Below are positions 17,036-25,967 of a stretch of DNA of 64,000 nt, one piece after another. The stretch lies in IMG/VR virus record IMGVR_UViG_3300037297_000066, positions 186,001 to 250,000 of that record, one strand, 5' to 3'. The notes below the pieces were generated by a model, which was not told where the DNA came from, made no database searches, and saw only the letters and a list, made by a program, of their open reading frames with translations. The position numbers and the translations under genes were made by a program. How positions within the stretch are numbered: the stretch's first letter is position 1; the number at the start of each line of letters is the position of its first letter.

Positions 17036-17290
17036 ATGGTCAACAACAAGAAGCCGGGCCGTCCCCCGACCCCCAAGAAGTCTCAGTTACTCCCTCCTCA
17101 AGTGACCACGGTTGCCCAATGGTACCGGACCGGACTTTTCAATAGCGAAGAGGAAGCCAGGGGGGCGTTCAGACTCGCTCACCAGCAAGGGCTCGATGGG
17201 ATGGGGACAGGGGTTTCGGCGTGGATGGGGTTGCACGAGCAGGAGTACGACTCCTGGATGCGAGACGACTCCCTCCCTCCGAAGAGGTAA
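17036..17290 (+). CDS. Hypothetical protein with AT-hook-like KPGRP
   Basis: MVNNKKPGRPP..WMGLHEQEYDSW. Confidence 0.7.
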   Translation: MVNNKKPGRPPTPKKSQLLPPQVTTVAQWYRTGLFNSEEEARGAFRLAHQQGLDGMGTGVSAWMGLHEQEYDSWMRDDSLPPKR

Positions 17291-17346
17291 CATTTCTCAG
17301 AGCCCGTCTCCTGACTCTATGAGGGGGCCCTGAGGGGTTTGGCTGA

Positions 17347-17498
17347 CCCGATGGGCCCTCACACCTCCAGGGGAGAGAAAGGCTCTCTGGGGGCGTTCTC
17401 GTGGGGGTGGCGGGGCCTTAGGGGTTGCATGGTTCCTCTGGGGTCCCGCCCTCTCCTAGGAGTCCCATGGTTCTGGGGGTGTGAGCCTCGGGATTTTT
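17347..17498 (+). ncRNA. Candidate multi-stem structured RNA
   Basis: 13-bp outer and 16-bp inner stems fully paired only with + strand G-U pairs; T-tract after. Confidence 0.55.
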
Positions 17499-17521
17499 GG
17501 CCCGGTGGACTTTTTGGCTAG

Positions 17522-18277
17522 TTAGGCCGTCTGGACTGGCCAGTAAAAGGCTTCCCCTTCCAGCTCGAACCTAGTACCGGGTTTGACTCGGTAGGAGGGG
17601 CTCTTGACGCCTACGAAGCGGACTTCCTCGCAATGGTATCTGAGGGCATCGAGGAGCACAGGCTCTTTGGGCCTACAACCGAACACATCGGTCACACGAT
17701 CTTGGAGGGTACCCAAGTCGAGGGTGTCCTCTTGCAGGAGGATAGCGACTTGTTTTTCCAGGTCATTTGGGGGGAGGAAGCGGAAGGGCCCTGAGGGTTC
17801 TTGGCTGAGGCGCAGCTGCAGGGTGAGCAGGGCATCTTCCCCACTCCTTGAGCCCAAGTTAGGCCATTTGTCTTTACGCAGGTCACGGCAGACTTTTTGG
17901 CCGTGGGTGAGGACCAAGGGGATGTCGTGGAGCAGGGCTGCTTCGAGGAGGGCTTCCCAATCCTCCGAGTCTTGGTGTTGGGTGAGGGCCAAGATGTCGT
18001 GGTAGGCGAGGTAGACCTGTTTCCAGGAGCGGCAATTGGAGAAGCAGGCCCCGAAGGTAGCGGCATCAATCAGGCAGAGGGCCAGTTCTTCGTCGTCCAG
18101 GGATTCGATGACCTCGACAGCTTGCCCCAGGGTGAGGAATTCTTCCTCTCCGAAGACGAGGGCTGTCAGGCAGGCAGCGGGGGTTATCTTCAGCAAGTCA
18201 GCCAGGGCTTGGAGGTTCTTCTGGAAGGCTTGGGGGTTGTTGACGGGCCATTCGAGGGAGATGGTTGTATTGGGCAT
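17522..18277 (-). CDS. Hypothetical protein
   Basis: 251 aa; ATG after GGTGTATGGT. Confidence 0.8.
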   Translation of the reverse strand: MPNTTISLEWPVNNPQAFQKNLQALADLLKITPAACLTALVFGEEEFLTLGQAVEVIESLDDEELALCLIDAATFGACFSNCRSWKQVYLAYHDILALTQHQDSEDWEALLEAALLHDIPLVLTHGQKVCRDLRKDKWPNLGSRSGEDALLTLQLRLSQEPSGPFRFLPPNDLEKQVAILLQEDTLDLGTLQDRVTDVFGCRPKEPVLLDALRYHCEEVRFVGVKSPSYRVKPGTRFELEGEAFYWPVQTA

Positions 18278-18296
18278 GCCTCACCATACACCGGGG

Positions 18297-18506
18297 CTAC
18301 CAGGCACCGACGTCGCAACTGATGCCTTGGGGCCAGGGGAGCTGGAGGAGGACTGGGCCATCTTCGTCTTGGGGACCTTCCACGACACAGAGGCCGCTCC
18401 CTCCCTCGATGAAAATGTGGGGGTCCTGGGCCCCCTGGGCTTTGGCTGTTTGGATGCAGTCTTGGAGGAGTTTCTCCCACCGGCGAGCCAGTTGTTTTTG
18501 GGTCAT
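18297..18506 (-). CDS. Hypothetical protein
   Basis: ATG 6 nt after GGTGTACCCT. Confidence 0.7.
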   Translation of the reverse strand: MTQKQLARRWEKLLQDCIQTAKAQGAQDPHIFIEGGSGLCVVEGPQDEDGPVLLQLPWPQGISCDVGAW

Positions 18507-18512
18507 GGGTAG

Positions 18513-18537
18513 AGGGTACACCGGTTTGGTGTATGGT
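18513..18537. promoter_or_regulatory. Back-to-back class-B promoter pair
   Basis: AGGGTACACC-ggttt-GGTGTATGGT between divergent ATGs. Confidence 0.7.
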
Positions 18538-18544
18538 GGAGGGT

Positions 18545-18817
18545 ATGTCGAAAAACTCAACGCAGCTCGACCAACTGCGAGCCGAGACGGGTGCCGCTTT
18601 GGAACGTTACGGAGTGGCTTGTATGTCTTTGGCCAAGGCGATGGTGGAATACGAAATGGAACATAGCTCGGTTCCTCCTCTCCACTACTCGAAAGACGAT
18701 CCCAGGATGACTCGTATCATCGCCGCTCACAGGGAGATCGATAGAACGGAGCGTCTTGCAAGAGAGGCCAAGGTCCGCCTCCAGGAGGCTGAGACTTCTT
18801 CAGAGGTGGTGGAGTAA
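18545..18817 (+). CDS. Hypothetical helical protein
   Basis: Class-B start. Confidence 0.75.
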   Translation: MSKNSTQLDQLRAETGAALERYGVACMSLAKAMVEYEMEHSSVPPLHYSKDDPRMTRIIAAHREIDRTERLAREAKVRLQEAETSSEVVE

Positions 18818-18844
18818 AAAGATCCCCAACTTGGGGATCTTTTT
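18816..18844. terminator. Bidirectional intrinsic terminator
   Basis: AAAAAGATCCCCAA-C-TTGGGGATCTTTTT perfect inverted repeat. Confidence 0.8.
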
Positions 18845-18861
18845 GGTGTACTCTCCTGGGG

Positions 18862-19115
18862 ATGGGAAGAAGAACGCTGCCCTGGCCTTTGGGGATGCCC
18901 CGGACTCGGGAGAACGAGCATTTGTACCAATCGCATGTGGCGTTGGTATTGGGTTGGCCGGTTCGGTCTTTCTGGCACTGGCTCAGGAGTTTTGGGGGAC
19001 GTTCATGAAGAGGGGAGTCAAGACGCAGCTTCTGGTGCTTGAGATTGCGGTACTCTTGGAGGGGGTGGCACTCATGTGGCATTTGGTCCACACGCATGGG
19101 GATTGGTTTTGGTGA
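18862..19115 (+). pseudogene. Two-TM membrane protein, possibly frameshifted
   Basis: Promoter-defined ATG 18862 is out of frame with the TM-coding frame ending 19115. Confidence 0.35.
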
Positions 19116-19214
19116 GCTTTGCCTCAAAAGGGGATTTTCTGGTTTGACAAGGCAAGCTTTTTCGGAAGAAATGAGGGGGAAACAACTCCAGCTCTGCGGT
19201 TTTAAGGCAGAGAC
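19116..19214 (-). repeat. ~99-bp dispersed repeat D, copy 1
   Basis: Near-identical to 40108-40206 and to the reverse complement of 43514-43611. Confidence 0.9.
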
Positions 19215-19215
19215 C

Positions 19216-19752
19216 TCAGTCAACCAGTAGGGGGTGGCAGTACATTGGGAAGCGGGTGAAGTCTATGGGGGGCCTCACCTGTTTCTCCCCTGAGGGTGGT
19301 TTCCAGTGGAGCTGCTCATCACGTTCATCGGGGAGGTAGGCCCACCCTGGGGGGATTTCTCGGGAGACGTAGACCCTGAGCTTGTTGTAGTTACCGATGT
19401 GACCATCTTGGAGTTCTTCTCGACGTAATTCGGGGGTGAACTCGGGGTCATGCCGGAGGGTAACCAGGTCGATAGCGTTGAGGTAGCAGATACCTTCTCT
19501 GTAGGAGAGGGTGTCTTGGAGTTCCTGGAGGGTAGCTCGGGTTAGATTTCCGGCTGCTGTCTCCATGGCTTGCCACATATCGAGTTCAGGCTCGGTGGCT
19601 TCTCGGGTCTCACTTTTCCAGCCTGCGTGTTCGGTGAGCCACCCGATGCGTACATGGGGGTTGGGGCTCATCTCGATGTGGAAGGCCAGGTGGCAGCGTC
19701 CGGCGATACGTTTGGCTCGGACGGTATGGGAATCCCAGGGCTCGTAGGGCAT
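19216..19752 (-). CDS. Hypothetical protein with capsid-like C-terminal segment
   Basis: YLNAIDLVTLR..REELQDGHIGNY..VYVSREIPPG; resemblance by eye only. Confidence 0.7.
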   Translation of the reverse strand: MPYEPWDSHTVRAKRIAGRCHLAFHIEMSPNPHVRIGWLTEHAGWKSETREATEPELDMWQAMETAAGNLTRATLQELQDTLSYREGICYLNAIDLVTLRHDPEFTPELRREELQDGHIGNYNKLRVYVSREIPPGWAYLPDERDEQLHWKPPSGEKQVRPPIDFTRFPMYCHPLLVD

Positions 19753-19826
19753 GGGCCCAGTCTACCATTTCCGGCCCCTGAGGGAGCTCTTGAGTCCCGG
19801 GGTTCGGAGATTTTCTGGGGGGTCCG

Positions 19827-19855
19827 GGTTAAGATCTGGGCTTCCCAGGTGTAGT
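19827..19855 (+). promoter_or_regulatory. Class-A promoter 16
   Basis: Motif A, ATG after 6 nt. Confidence 0.8.
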
Positions 19856-19861
19856 AGGGGC

Positions 19862-20080
19862 ATGGCTACAAAGTCCGAAACAACCTGGAGTACGGTTGTT
19901 GAAGCCAAGAAGGGTCTTCGCCAACATTTGGGGCGTCTCTCATGGCTCAAGGTGGTCACGGCTAGCTATGACGCTCAAGGCTACCACCTTCTGGTCAAGG
20001 TACGACGAATCGATGCTGAGGTACGGGCGGCCGTGGGGGAGACTTTCCAAGGGGTTCGGGTAAAGACCGAACTAGGGTAA
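19862..20080 (+). CDS. Small alpha/beta protein (F.G.PV family)
   Basis: Similar to 30557 and 31298. Confidence 0.75.
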   Translation: MATKSETTWSTVVEAKKGLRQHLGRLSWLKVVTASYDAQGYHLLVKVRRIDAEVRAAVGETFQGVRVKTELG

Positions 20081-20088
20081 GGCAAGGC

Positions 20089-20370
20089 ATGACCACGAAA
20101 GTTGTTCAAGAAGAGAGCTGGGAAAACGGTGATCTTAAGGTAGGCTTCAAGATCATCTGGGAGTCTGGGGAAGAAGGTTCTTCTGAGGGGGGCTACGTGG
20201 TAGAGGTTTTTGAGCTCCTGATCGGGCTACCTATTCGGGTGACCCGGTTGTCCCGGGCTTCTGACCTAGTAGTGGCGCTTTTTGCGTGTGAAGGGGTCAA
20301 GGCTGGGTTTTACGCTGCTGGGTTCAAGCCTTTGGTTGGTGTGGCTGGAGGAGAGCTGACCAGGTCATAA
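20089..20370 (+). CDS. Hypothetical protein
   Basis: Operonic ORF. Confidence 0.65.
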   Translation: MTTKVVQEESWENGDLKVGFKIIWESGEEGSSEGGYVVEVFELLIGLPIRVTRLSRASDLVVALFACEGVKAGFYAAGFKPLVGVAGGELTRS

Positions 20371-20391
20371 TCCCAGGCACAGGTAAGACGG

Positions 20392-20799
20392 TCACGGGAG
20401 CTCGGCGACTGCCTGAAGGAGCTCGGGTGAGGGGCGGATACTCTGGGGTTCAGGGTAGCTACAGAGGATTAGCTCGGTATCTGGGGTCAGGCTTTTGAGG
20501 AAGCGCCGGCACTCCTTGTAGACGGGGGAACCTTCCAGGGCTTTCAGGGCAGTTTCCAGCTGGTCTGGGTGGTCATTGAGGTTTTGGATGAGCCAGCATT
20601 GGAGCTCTTGGGGGGAGATTTCCAGATCTTGTATAGCCTGGAGCATTCGGTTGATGGGGGGTTCTAGTTTCCCCATGAGTTCCAGCAAGAAGGCGGTGAT
20701 TTCTTCACCGTCGAACTCTTCACACAGTTGTTCGGCGGCAGCTTCGGTCGAGGTGGTTTGGTCTTTGACCAGCTGTTCGATTCGTTGTTTCAGGTCCAT
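20392..20799 (-). CDS. Hypothetical helical protein
   Basis: 135 aa; GTGTAGAAT upstream. Confidence 0.7.
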   Translation of the reverse strand: MDLKQRIEQLVKDQTTSTEAAAEQLCEEFDGEEITAFLLELMGKLEPPINRMLQAIQDLEISPQELQCWLIQNLNDHPDQLETALKALEGSPVYKECRRFLKSLTPDTELILCSYPEPQSIRPSPELLQAVAELP

Positions 20800-20846
20800 G
20801 GGGTTTCTCGACGGGGATTCTACACGATTTGGTGTATGGTGGGGGT

Positions 20847-21161
20847 ATGTCTGATCCCCCGGTGACGAACGAAGAGGTTGAGTCCTTCTTGAAGGTGTCT
20901 TTGGAGCGTTCTAGAACTCCGAGGGAGGCCCTGGTGGTTTGGGAGGTCTGCCGTTTGGTTGACCACGGTCGAGCTCACCTGACTCCGCCGGGGGTTCCCC
21001 CCAGTTCCCCTAGAGATGCTTTTCCGCCGCTCCCAAAGATTCCGCTCACGTTCTTTTCCCTGGGTGGGGGCCTGACGCAGCGAATCAAGGTTTCCGAGTT
21101 GCTGTGGGTGACGGCAGCGGTGGGGGCTTTGATGGTACTTTGTTGGTTTCTAATCCACTGA
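20847..21161 (+). CDS. C-terminally anchored membrane protein
   Basis: Class-B start; C-terminal TM. Confidence 0.7.
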   Translation: MSDPPVTNEEVESFLKVSLERSRTPREALVVWEVCRLVDHGRAHLTPPGVPPSSPRDAFPPLPKIPLTFFSLGGGLTQRIKVSELLWVTAAVGALMVLCWFLIH

Positions 21162-21170
21162 GAGGTAGTC

Positions 21171-21515
21171 ATGACGGTTTTGAACGGGGACGGATCTCCT
21201 GATTGGGAGGTCATCGAGCCTTCCGACATGTTGTTTGCGGTGACTCTGGATGGTCGTGACCCGGAAGGGAACGAGATCGAGGATGGCCCCACGGTGATCA
21301 TGTGTCCCCGGGAGTACTGGGAGGAAAACCTAGAGTGTTGGGACGACGACATCGCCTACGACTGGGTAGAAGAGAACGTCCCGGAGGAGCTGGAGCAGGG
21401 GATGGAGTCCACGTTCTACTTCGACAACAGGGACGATTGGCCGAGCATCCGGGATCGTTTGTTGAAGGCGGGGTTCAAGGAAGAGCCTCGGCTTTGGGAG
21501 GCCCCACCTGGGTGA
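21171..21515 (+). CDS. Acidic hypothetical protein
   Basis: GAGGT SD; D/E-rich. Confidence 0.75.
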   Translation: MTVLNGDGSPDWEVIEPSDMLFAVTLDGRDPEGNEIEDGPTVIMCPREYWEENLECWDDDIAYDWVEENVPEELEQGMESTFYFDNRDDWPSIRDRLLKAGFKEEPRLWEAPPG

Positions 21516-21529
21516 ATGTGGGGAGTCCG

Positions 21530-21558
21530 GGTTAAGATCCGGGTCCCCCAGGTGTAGT
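21530..21558 (+). promoter_or_regulatory. Class-A promoter 17
   Basis: Motif A, ATG after 6 nt. Confidence 0.8.
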
Positions 21559-21564
21559 AGGGGC

Positions 21565-21960
21565 ATGGAAGAGACAAAGCCACAGGTTGTTTGGAGCAAG
21601 TTCGACTTCATTAAGAGGCGAGGGAACCGCTACACTTTCGAGAGCCCTTTGAGTATCGGAGTCGAAAAGTACCTCTACATCGAGATCTGGAAGCGTCCCC
21701 TGGGAGGGTGGACGGGCCGCCTCGGGGACGAACTGCTCCCCCCATTCACTGAGGTGAGGCCGGAGTCTTTGAACAGCGCCACCAAGGAAGCGGCTCTGAT
21801 AGAGCTTCTGGACTGTTGGAGGGAGGCCCGCTCGTACCTGTTGAAGCTGGGGATGCGCAATCGCAGATCAGCTTCTCGCAAGCCGAAACGTCGTACTATT
21901 CCCTCACACCTGAGGGTGATCGAGGGTGGGCGCCGGGACGATTCTCCATTTCGCTACTAG
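21565..21960 (+). CDS. Hypothetical protein, C-terminal LRVIEGG
   Basis: Motif A start. Confidence 0.8.
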   Translation: MEETKPQVVWSKFDFIKRRGNRYTFESPLSIGVEKYLYIEIWKRPLGGWTGRLGDELLPPFTEVRPESLNSATKEAALIELLDCWREARSYLLKLGMRNRRSASRKPKRRTIPSHLRVIEGGRRDDSPFRY

Positions 21961-21968
21961 GTACCACC

Positions 21969-22163
21969 ATGGACGACTTTCGATACCAACAGAAGCGGTT
22001 CTGCATTGGGGGCCCCCGGGGGAACAAGTTCCGGTACGGGTGCCCTTGCTGCCGGATCATTGGGGACCCGGTTCGGTTCCGGCGGGCCACTCGCAAGTGG
22101 GCGAAGGGGCGTCTGCGAGGGACTACGTCCCAGTTCCTACGCAACTGGGAGAGTCAGTACTAG
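21969..22163 (+). CDS. Small basic CPCC protein
   Basis: IGGPRG..CPCC. Confidence 0.65.
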   Translation: MDDFRYQQKRFCIGGPRGNKFRYGCPCCRIIGDPVRFRRATRKWAKGRLRGTTSQFLRNWESQY

Positions 22164-22172
22164 GGGGATCCT

Positions 22173-22376
22173 TTGACCCTACACGAGCGAATCGCTGAGG
22201 CCCTGGGCTGGAGCGTAGAGCAAGTCCAACAGTTCAACTTCCAGCAGCTCCGGGAGCTCGTGAGTTCGGTCTCCCCAAAGCTTGCTTGGGAGCTCACCTG
22301 TCTGATCCGGGGCGGGGGATACATTCTGGGGGCACCCCTTCGGGGCCCAGAGAAAAACCCCGGCGTGTGGGGGTAA
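22173..22376 (+). CDS. Hypothetical protein
   Basis: LHERIAEALGWS. Confidence 0.65.
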   Translation: MTLHERIAEALGWSVEQVQQFNFQQLRELVSSVSPKLAWELTCLIRGGGYILGAPLRGPEKNPGVWG

Positions 22377-22414
22377 ACCAGACACCGGGGGGGTTAAGAG
22401 GGATTTCTAGGCCC

Positions 22415-22894
22415 TCAAGAGGGAAGCCTAGGCTTGGAGCTCGGGGTTGTCAAACTTCCCCTAGGCATCGGGGTTTCGAGAGGCTTCGAAACGGATGTGA
22501 GAGCAGGTTTCGGGGGTGTAGGGGTATCAAAGGGGGCCCAGAGCTCCAGCAGGTGCTGGAACCTGGCTTGCAGGAACTTCCGGACTTCCGGTTCATCCGC
22601 CTGGCAAACCTCGACTTCGAGACCGGCGTGAGAGCCCTTCCCCTGGAAGAAGACGAAGATCTTCAAGAGGCCGTCTCGGTAGTAGGGGTCGGGACCCGGT
22701 TGGTAGCCTTCTTCTGTTGAATCGGTCCAATCCCACCGGAAGACCAGGCTTCTAGAGGGGCAGGAGCCCTCCCAATCGGAGAGGAAGTCTGCCCAGGATC
22801 GGTAGTGTTCGTTGGGGGACCCACTGCTACCGGTACCGTAGTAATGGTCTCCGGTGCAATAGCCCGGGTGGTCAACTTCCCACAGGTGAGTCAT
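22415..22894 (-). CDS. Phage hypothetical protein
   Basis: HLWEVDHP.YC..LVFRWDW. Confidence 0.75.
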   Translation of the reverse strand: MTHLWEVDHPGYCTGDHYYGTGSSGSPNEHYRSWADFLSDWEGSCPSRSLVFRWDWTDSTEEGYQPGPDPYYRDGLLKIFVFFQGKGSHAGLEVEVCQADEPEVRKFLQARFQHLLELWAPFDTPTPPKPALTSVSKPLETPMPRGSLTTPSSKPRLPS

Positions 22895-22900
22895 GGATCC

Positions 22901-23452
22901 TCACGGGGAGCAGTTTAGGCGGGAGTCATACCACTTAAGGAGTGCTTTCAGAAGGCGGGGCCCTTCCTTGAACCAGAACTTGGGACTGGCCGAGCAGACG
23001 TGGAAGCCCACGAGGTTAGACTGGGCCACGACTCTCCAAGGTACCCGTACGGTGTACCCCCACTTGGCCCCTTCCTCTGGGGCGATGTCCGTATAGTAGT
23101 TGCTGGGAGCGGGTTCTTTGAAGGCTAGGATATCCAGGAGCCGTTGGAAGTCTTCTTGGATGACCTCAGAGGGTAGGGCATTCACAGCCACAACGTCGAT
23201 GAAGCTAGTGACTTCGTTGTCCCCGAGGGGGATGACGGTTTTTCTGTCCACCAGTTTGACATCCCACTGGTCGAAGTGATCCTTGTCGATTTGGGTGGTG
23301 AGGGGGAAGCCAGACTTGCCGTGGTCGTAGTGGAAGAAGTGGTCTGCCTCGGAGGGTTCAAGGCTAGGATTTGGGCCAGAACCGTGACAGTGCCCCGGCA
23401 GAGCTGGGTGTTTTTCGTAGTTGCGTAGAATGTGTTGGGCAGAGAGGTACAT
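22901..23452 (-). CDS. Hypothetical protein
   Basis: Long ORF; start uncertain (23452 or 23470). Confidence 0.7.
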   Translation of the reverse strand: MYLSAQHILRNYEKHPALPGHCHGSGPNPSLEPSEADHFFHYDHGKSGFPLTTQIDKDHFDQWDVKLVDRKTVIPLGDNEVTSFIDVVAVNALPSEVIQEDFQRLLDILAFKEPAPSNYYTDIAPEEGAKWGYTVRVPWRVVAQSNLVGFHVCSASPKFWFKEGPRLLKALLKWYDSRLNCSP

Positions 23453-23484
23453 CGCTTTCTCTTTTATCACAATGGTTGGGTGTC

Positions 23485-24039
23485 ATGCAGAAAATCGCCA
23501 ATTCTGATGAGCTCCAGGTAGAACTCCAAAGGATTCTAGCTACATGTCGAGGCCCAGATCGACCAAGCCGTATTTTGATCGCTAGGGACTTGAGAGTTCT
23601 CGCTCATTGTCTTGTGGCGATGGAGCATCCGTCCGAAGAAGCCAAGAAGAAGTACCTCAGTGAGCATCCGGACGCTGATCCCAAAAACCATACGGTGAAG
23701 GATGGGGGTGTGGACAAGGCGCAAGGGGCTGTCAACGATTGGCTGAAAAAGAACCCAAAGGTCATGATGGGATTGATTCAGTCAATGTCTTCGGAAGCCA
23801 AGAAGGACAAACAACCGTTCGGGATGAGAGACGCCCGTTCTGCTTTGAAAGCTTGGTTCGATGGTAAGGAGCCTTCGGATCCGAAAGGTAAAGCGGCTTG
23901 GCGTTACATGACCTCAGACAAAGGCAAGAAAGCCTTAGGGAAGCTCACCAAGGGAGTGGGAGACGCTCTGAAGAAGGGTGGGGGGAAGGTCGGCTTCCGA
24001 GACATTGCCAAGGCCGTAGATACCTGGATGAGCTATTAG
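23485..24039 (+). CDS. MQKIA-leader protein, Lys-rich
   Basis: N-terminus shared with 35694. Confidence 0.8.
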   Translation: MQKIANSDELQVELQRILATCRGPDRPSRILIARDLRVLAHCLVAMEHPSEEAKKKYLSEHPDADPKNHTVKDGGVDKAQGAVNDWLKKNPKVMMGLIQSMSSEAKKDKQPFGMRDARSALKAWFDGKEPSDPKGKAAWRYMTSDKGKKALGKLTKGVGDALKKGGGKVGFRDIAKAVDTWMSY

Positions 24040-24061
24040 AGAGGTTGCCAATCTCGGGAGC

Positions 24062-24394
24062 TCAAGAACCTTTTCTAACGGCTTTCTCGAAGCGTTCCAA
24101 AGCTTTGAGTTCCCCTTGGAGCTTTTTCCGGAGCTCTCTTTTCCGAAAGGCTAGACCTCGGAGGTAGTCCCGATAGGCCACATCCAAGGCTTCGAAGGGG
24201 TCAGAAAGAATACGATCCAGGGTACTCCCTCTTTCGTTATCCTGGGGGTGTGAGACATGGGCGACCCATCCATCCCTGTTCACGGGCCAAGCTCTGAATC
24301 TCAGACGGGAGGAGGGTTTAGACTTGAGGATGCCGGGTTCGGAGTGATCGACCGTCATCCCTTTCCAAGTGGATCTGGGCTTACTTGTGCTCAT
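24062..24394 (-). CDS. W.G..S..RL / AL..AY coiled-tail family protein
   Basis: Paralogue of 24391, 32056, 43133. Confidence 0.75.
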   Translation of the reverse strand: MSTSKPRSTWKGMTVDHSEPGILKSKPSSRLRFRAWPVNRDGWVAHVSHPQDNERGSTLDRILSDPFEALDVAYRDYLRGLAFRKRELRKKLQGELKALERFEKAVRKGS

Positions 24395-24762
24395 GAGATC
24401 GGGTCTTCCTGGGCAGCCTTCTCGAAGCGCTCAATGTCCTTGAGGTCTTTCTGAAGCGTCCTCCTTCTTCGGGCTAGCTTCTGGAGGTAGTTTTGGTGAG
24501 CGGCTTTGAGGGCAGCCTGGGGCTCGGAGCACAAGCCTTTTTGGCACCAGCCCACGTTTTCTGTGGTGAAGGGATCTCTCGGGTGTCGGATCTCGGCACC
24601 CCACCATTTAGCTTTCTCTGGAGCAGCGGCGACCCAGTTTCTACCATCCAAACCATAGAGCCAGACGTACAAACGAGCACTGGGCTTTGACCGGTAACTG
24701 GCTGCTTCCCCTTTGTGGAGACGGATACCATTCCAGGCTGTAGGGATCTCTGGAGTACTCAC
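24391..24762 (-). CDS. Same family protein
   Basis: GTGA overlap; SKPSARL, ERFEKA. Confidence 0.75.
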   Translation of the reverse strand: MSTPEIPTAWNGIRLHKGEAASYRSKPSARLYVWLYGLDGRNWVAAAPEKAKWWGAEIRHPRDPFTTENVGWCQKGLCSEPQAALKAAHQNYLQKLARRRRTLQKDLKDIERFEKAAQEDPIS

Positions 24763-25349
24763 AGGACGCCTTCGGCTTTCTCCACGAGTTCTCGCATGGC
24801 TTGGCGAATGGGCTCCATAGCTTTGGTGAGGCCGGGTTTGGCCAGCTTCTTGATTCGTTCTTCGTAACCTTTCGTACCAACGCTTGCCTTTTTCATGAGC
24901 TCCATCCAATTGGGAAGGGTGGAGAGCATACTGTGTGAAGCCTCCTCGGGGTAGACATAGACTCCGAACGTATCCACTTGGCACCAGTGGAGGCGTTCAG
25001 GGACCTTCCGTTTGTATTCGGGTCCTATGACGGGCCACGACTCGAACCCATCGTAGCGGAGGTAAGGGACGGGTACGGGGAAGGGTTTCTCAACCTCATT
25101 GATAGAGAAGCCTCGTTGCCGCCGGCCCCAGTTGAGGGCAACCCACCGGAGAATGGCGAAGACGAACTCCTTGGGGACCCCATGGGTGGTGGAGTATTTG
25201 AGCCCGAGCCTTCCCTTCTCGACCCACCAGGGGGATCCGTAGGGCCACTTGAAGACTTCCAGGGGTTCGGGGGTGTGTTTTTCTAGGAACTCACCCACCT
25301 GTTCGGCTTTTCGGGGGGAACGACAAACGACTTCGAGACTGGCGCCCAT
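24759..25349 (-). CDS. MGASL..RYDGFE.WPV family protein
   Basis: Paralogue of 32436; class-B start. Confidence 0.8.
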   Translation of the reverse strand: MGASLEVVCRSPRKAEQVGEFLEKHTPEPLEVFKWPYGSPWWVEKGRLGLKYSTTHGVPKEFVFAILRWVALNWGRRQRGFSINEVEKPFPVPVPYLRYDGFESWPVIGPEYKRKVPERLHWCQVDTFGVYVYPEEASHSMLSTLPNWMELMKKASVGTKGYEERIKKLAKPGLTKAMEPIRQAMRELVEKAEGVL

Positions 25350-25397
25350 GGGGGCACTATACACCGGAGCGGGTCACTTGTGGTGTACAGTTGACTT

Positions 25398-25610
25398 ATG
25401 TTACGGGTGAACATGTTGTCCAAACCAAGAAGAGCCGGTCCCACTCCTCCTCTGCTCTTAGGGGCTTTTCTGGCTTTGACCATCATCTTCATGTCGGTGT
25501 GGGCGACCCTGCACAACCCAGATGTGAAACCTGTTGTGGAGGACAATCTTGGGGCTTCGCCTTGCATTTGCCAGTGCAAGTGTGAGCCGTGCCCTTCGGT
25601 CAGGGAGTGA
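25398..25610 (+). CDS. Small membrane protein with CxCxCxC
   Basis: Class-B start, TM. Confidence 0.65.
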   Translation: MLRVNMLSKPRRAGPTPPLLLGAFLALTIIFMSVWATLHNPDVKPVVEDNLGASPCICQCKCEPCPSVRE

Positions 25611-25643
25611 CTTTTCATAGGTTTTGGGATAGCCTCCCGGACC

Positions 25644-25967
25644 ATGACGGAACGAAGGCTTGCTTGGACTCGGGAGCGACGGGCAGCTATGTGGGCGATA
25701 GTCGAGCTCACGAAGCTGATCGGGGACATCCGGAACCGGGATCTTGCCTGGGTAGAAGGAGATCTTCGGAGGCTTCGGGGGGACATTCGTCACCACCTGA
25801 AGCTCAAGGACAACTGTTCCAAATGCCAAGGACGGGGGCTCTGTCCTGGCAGGCCCATGCTTCATCCGGCCATTGGGCAGATCCCCTGCGATGTGATCTG
25901 CTCGGCTTGCTCAGGAACGGGTCAGGACCCCAAGGAGGAGCTCAATCAGGAGGAAACTCTTCCTTGA
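25644..25967 (+). CDS. DnaJ-type CxxCxGxG Zn-finger protein
   Basis: CSKCQGRG..CSACSGTG. Confidence 0.7.
   Translation: MTERRLAWTRERRAAMWAIVELTKLIGDIRNRDLAWVEGDLRRLRGDIRHHLKLKDNCSKCQGRGLCPGRPMLHPAIGQIPCDVICSACSGTGQDPKEELNQEETLP

Noticed and set aside
19144-19172. TTGACA in repeat D as a sigma70 promoter
   Set aside because: No TANNNT at 16-18 bp, and in two copies it points into a gene end.
22391-22400. Additional motif A copy (GGGTTAAGAG)
   Set aside because: It lacks the downstream GTGTA box and a start codon.
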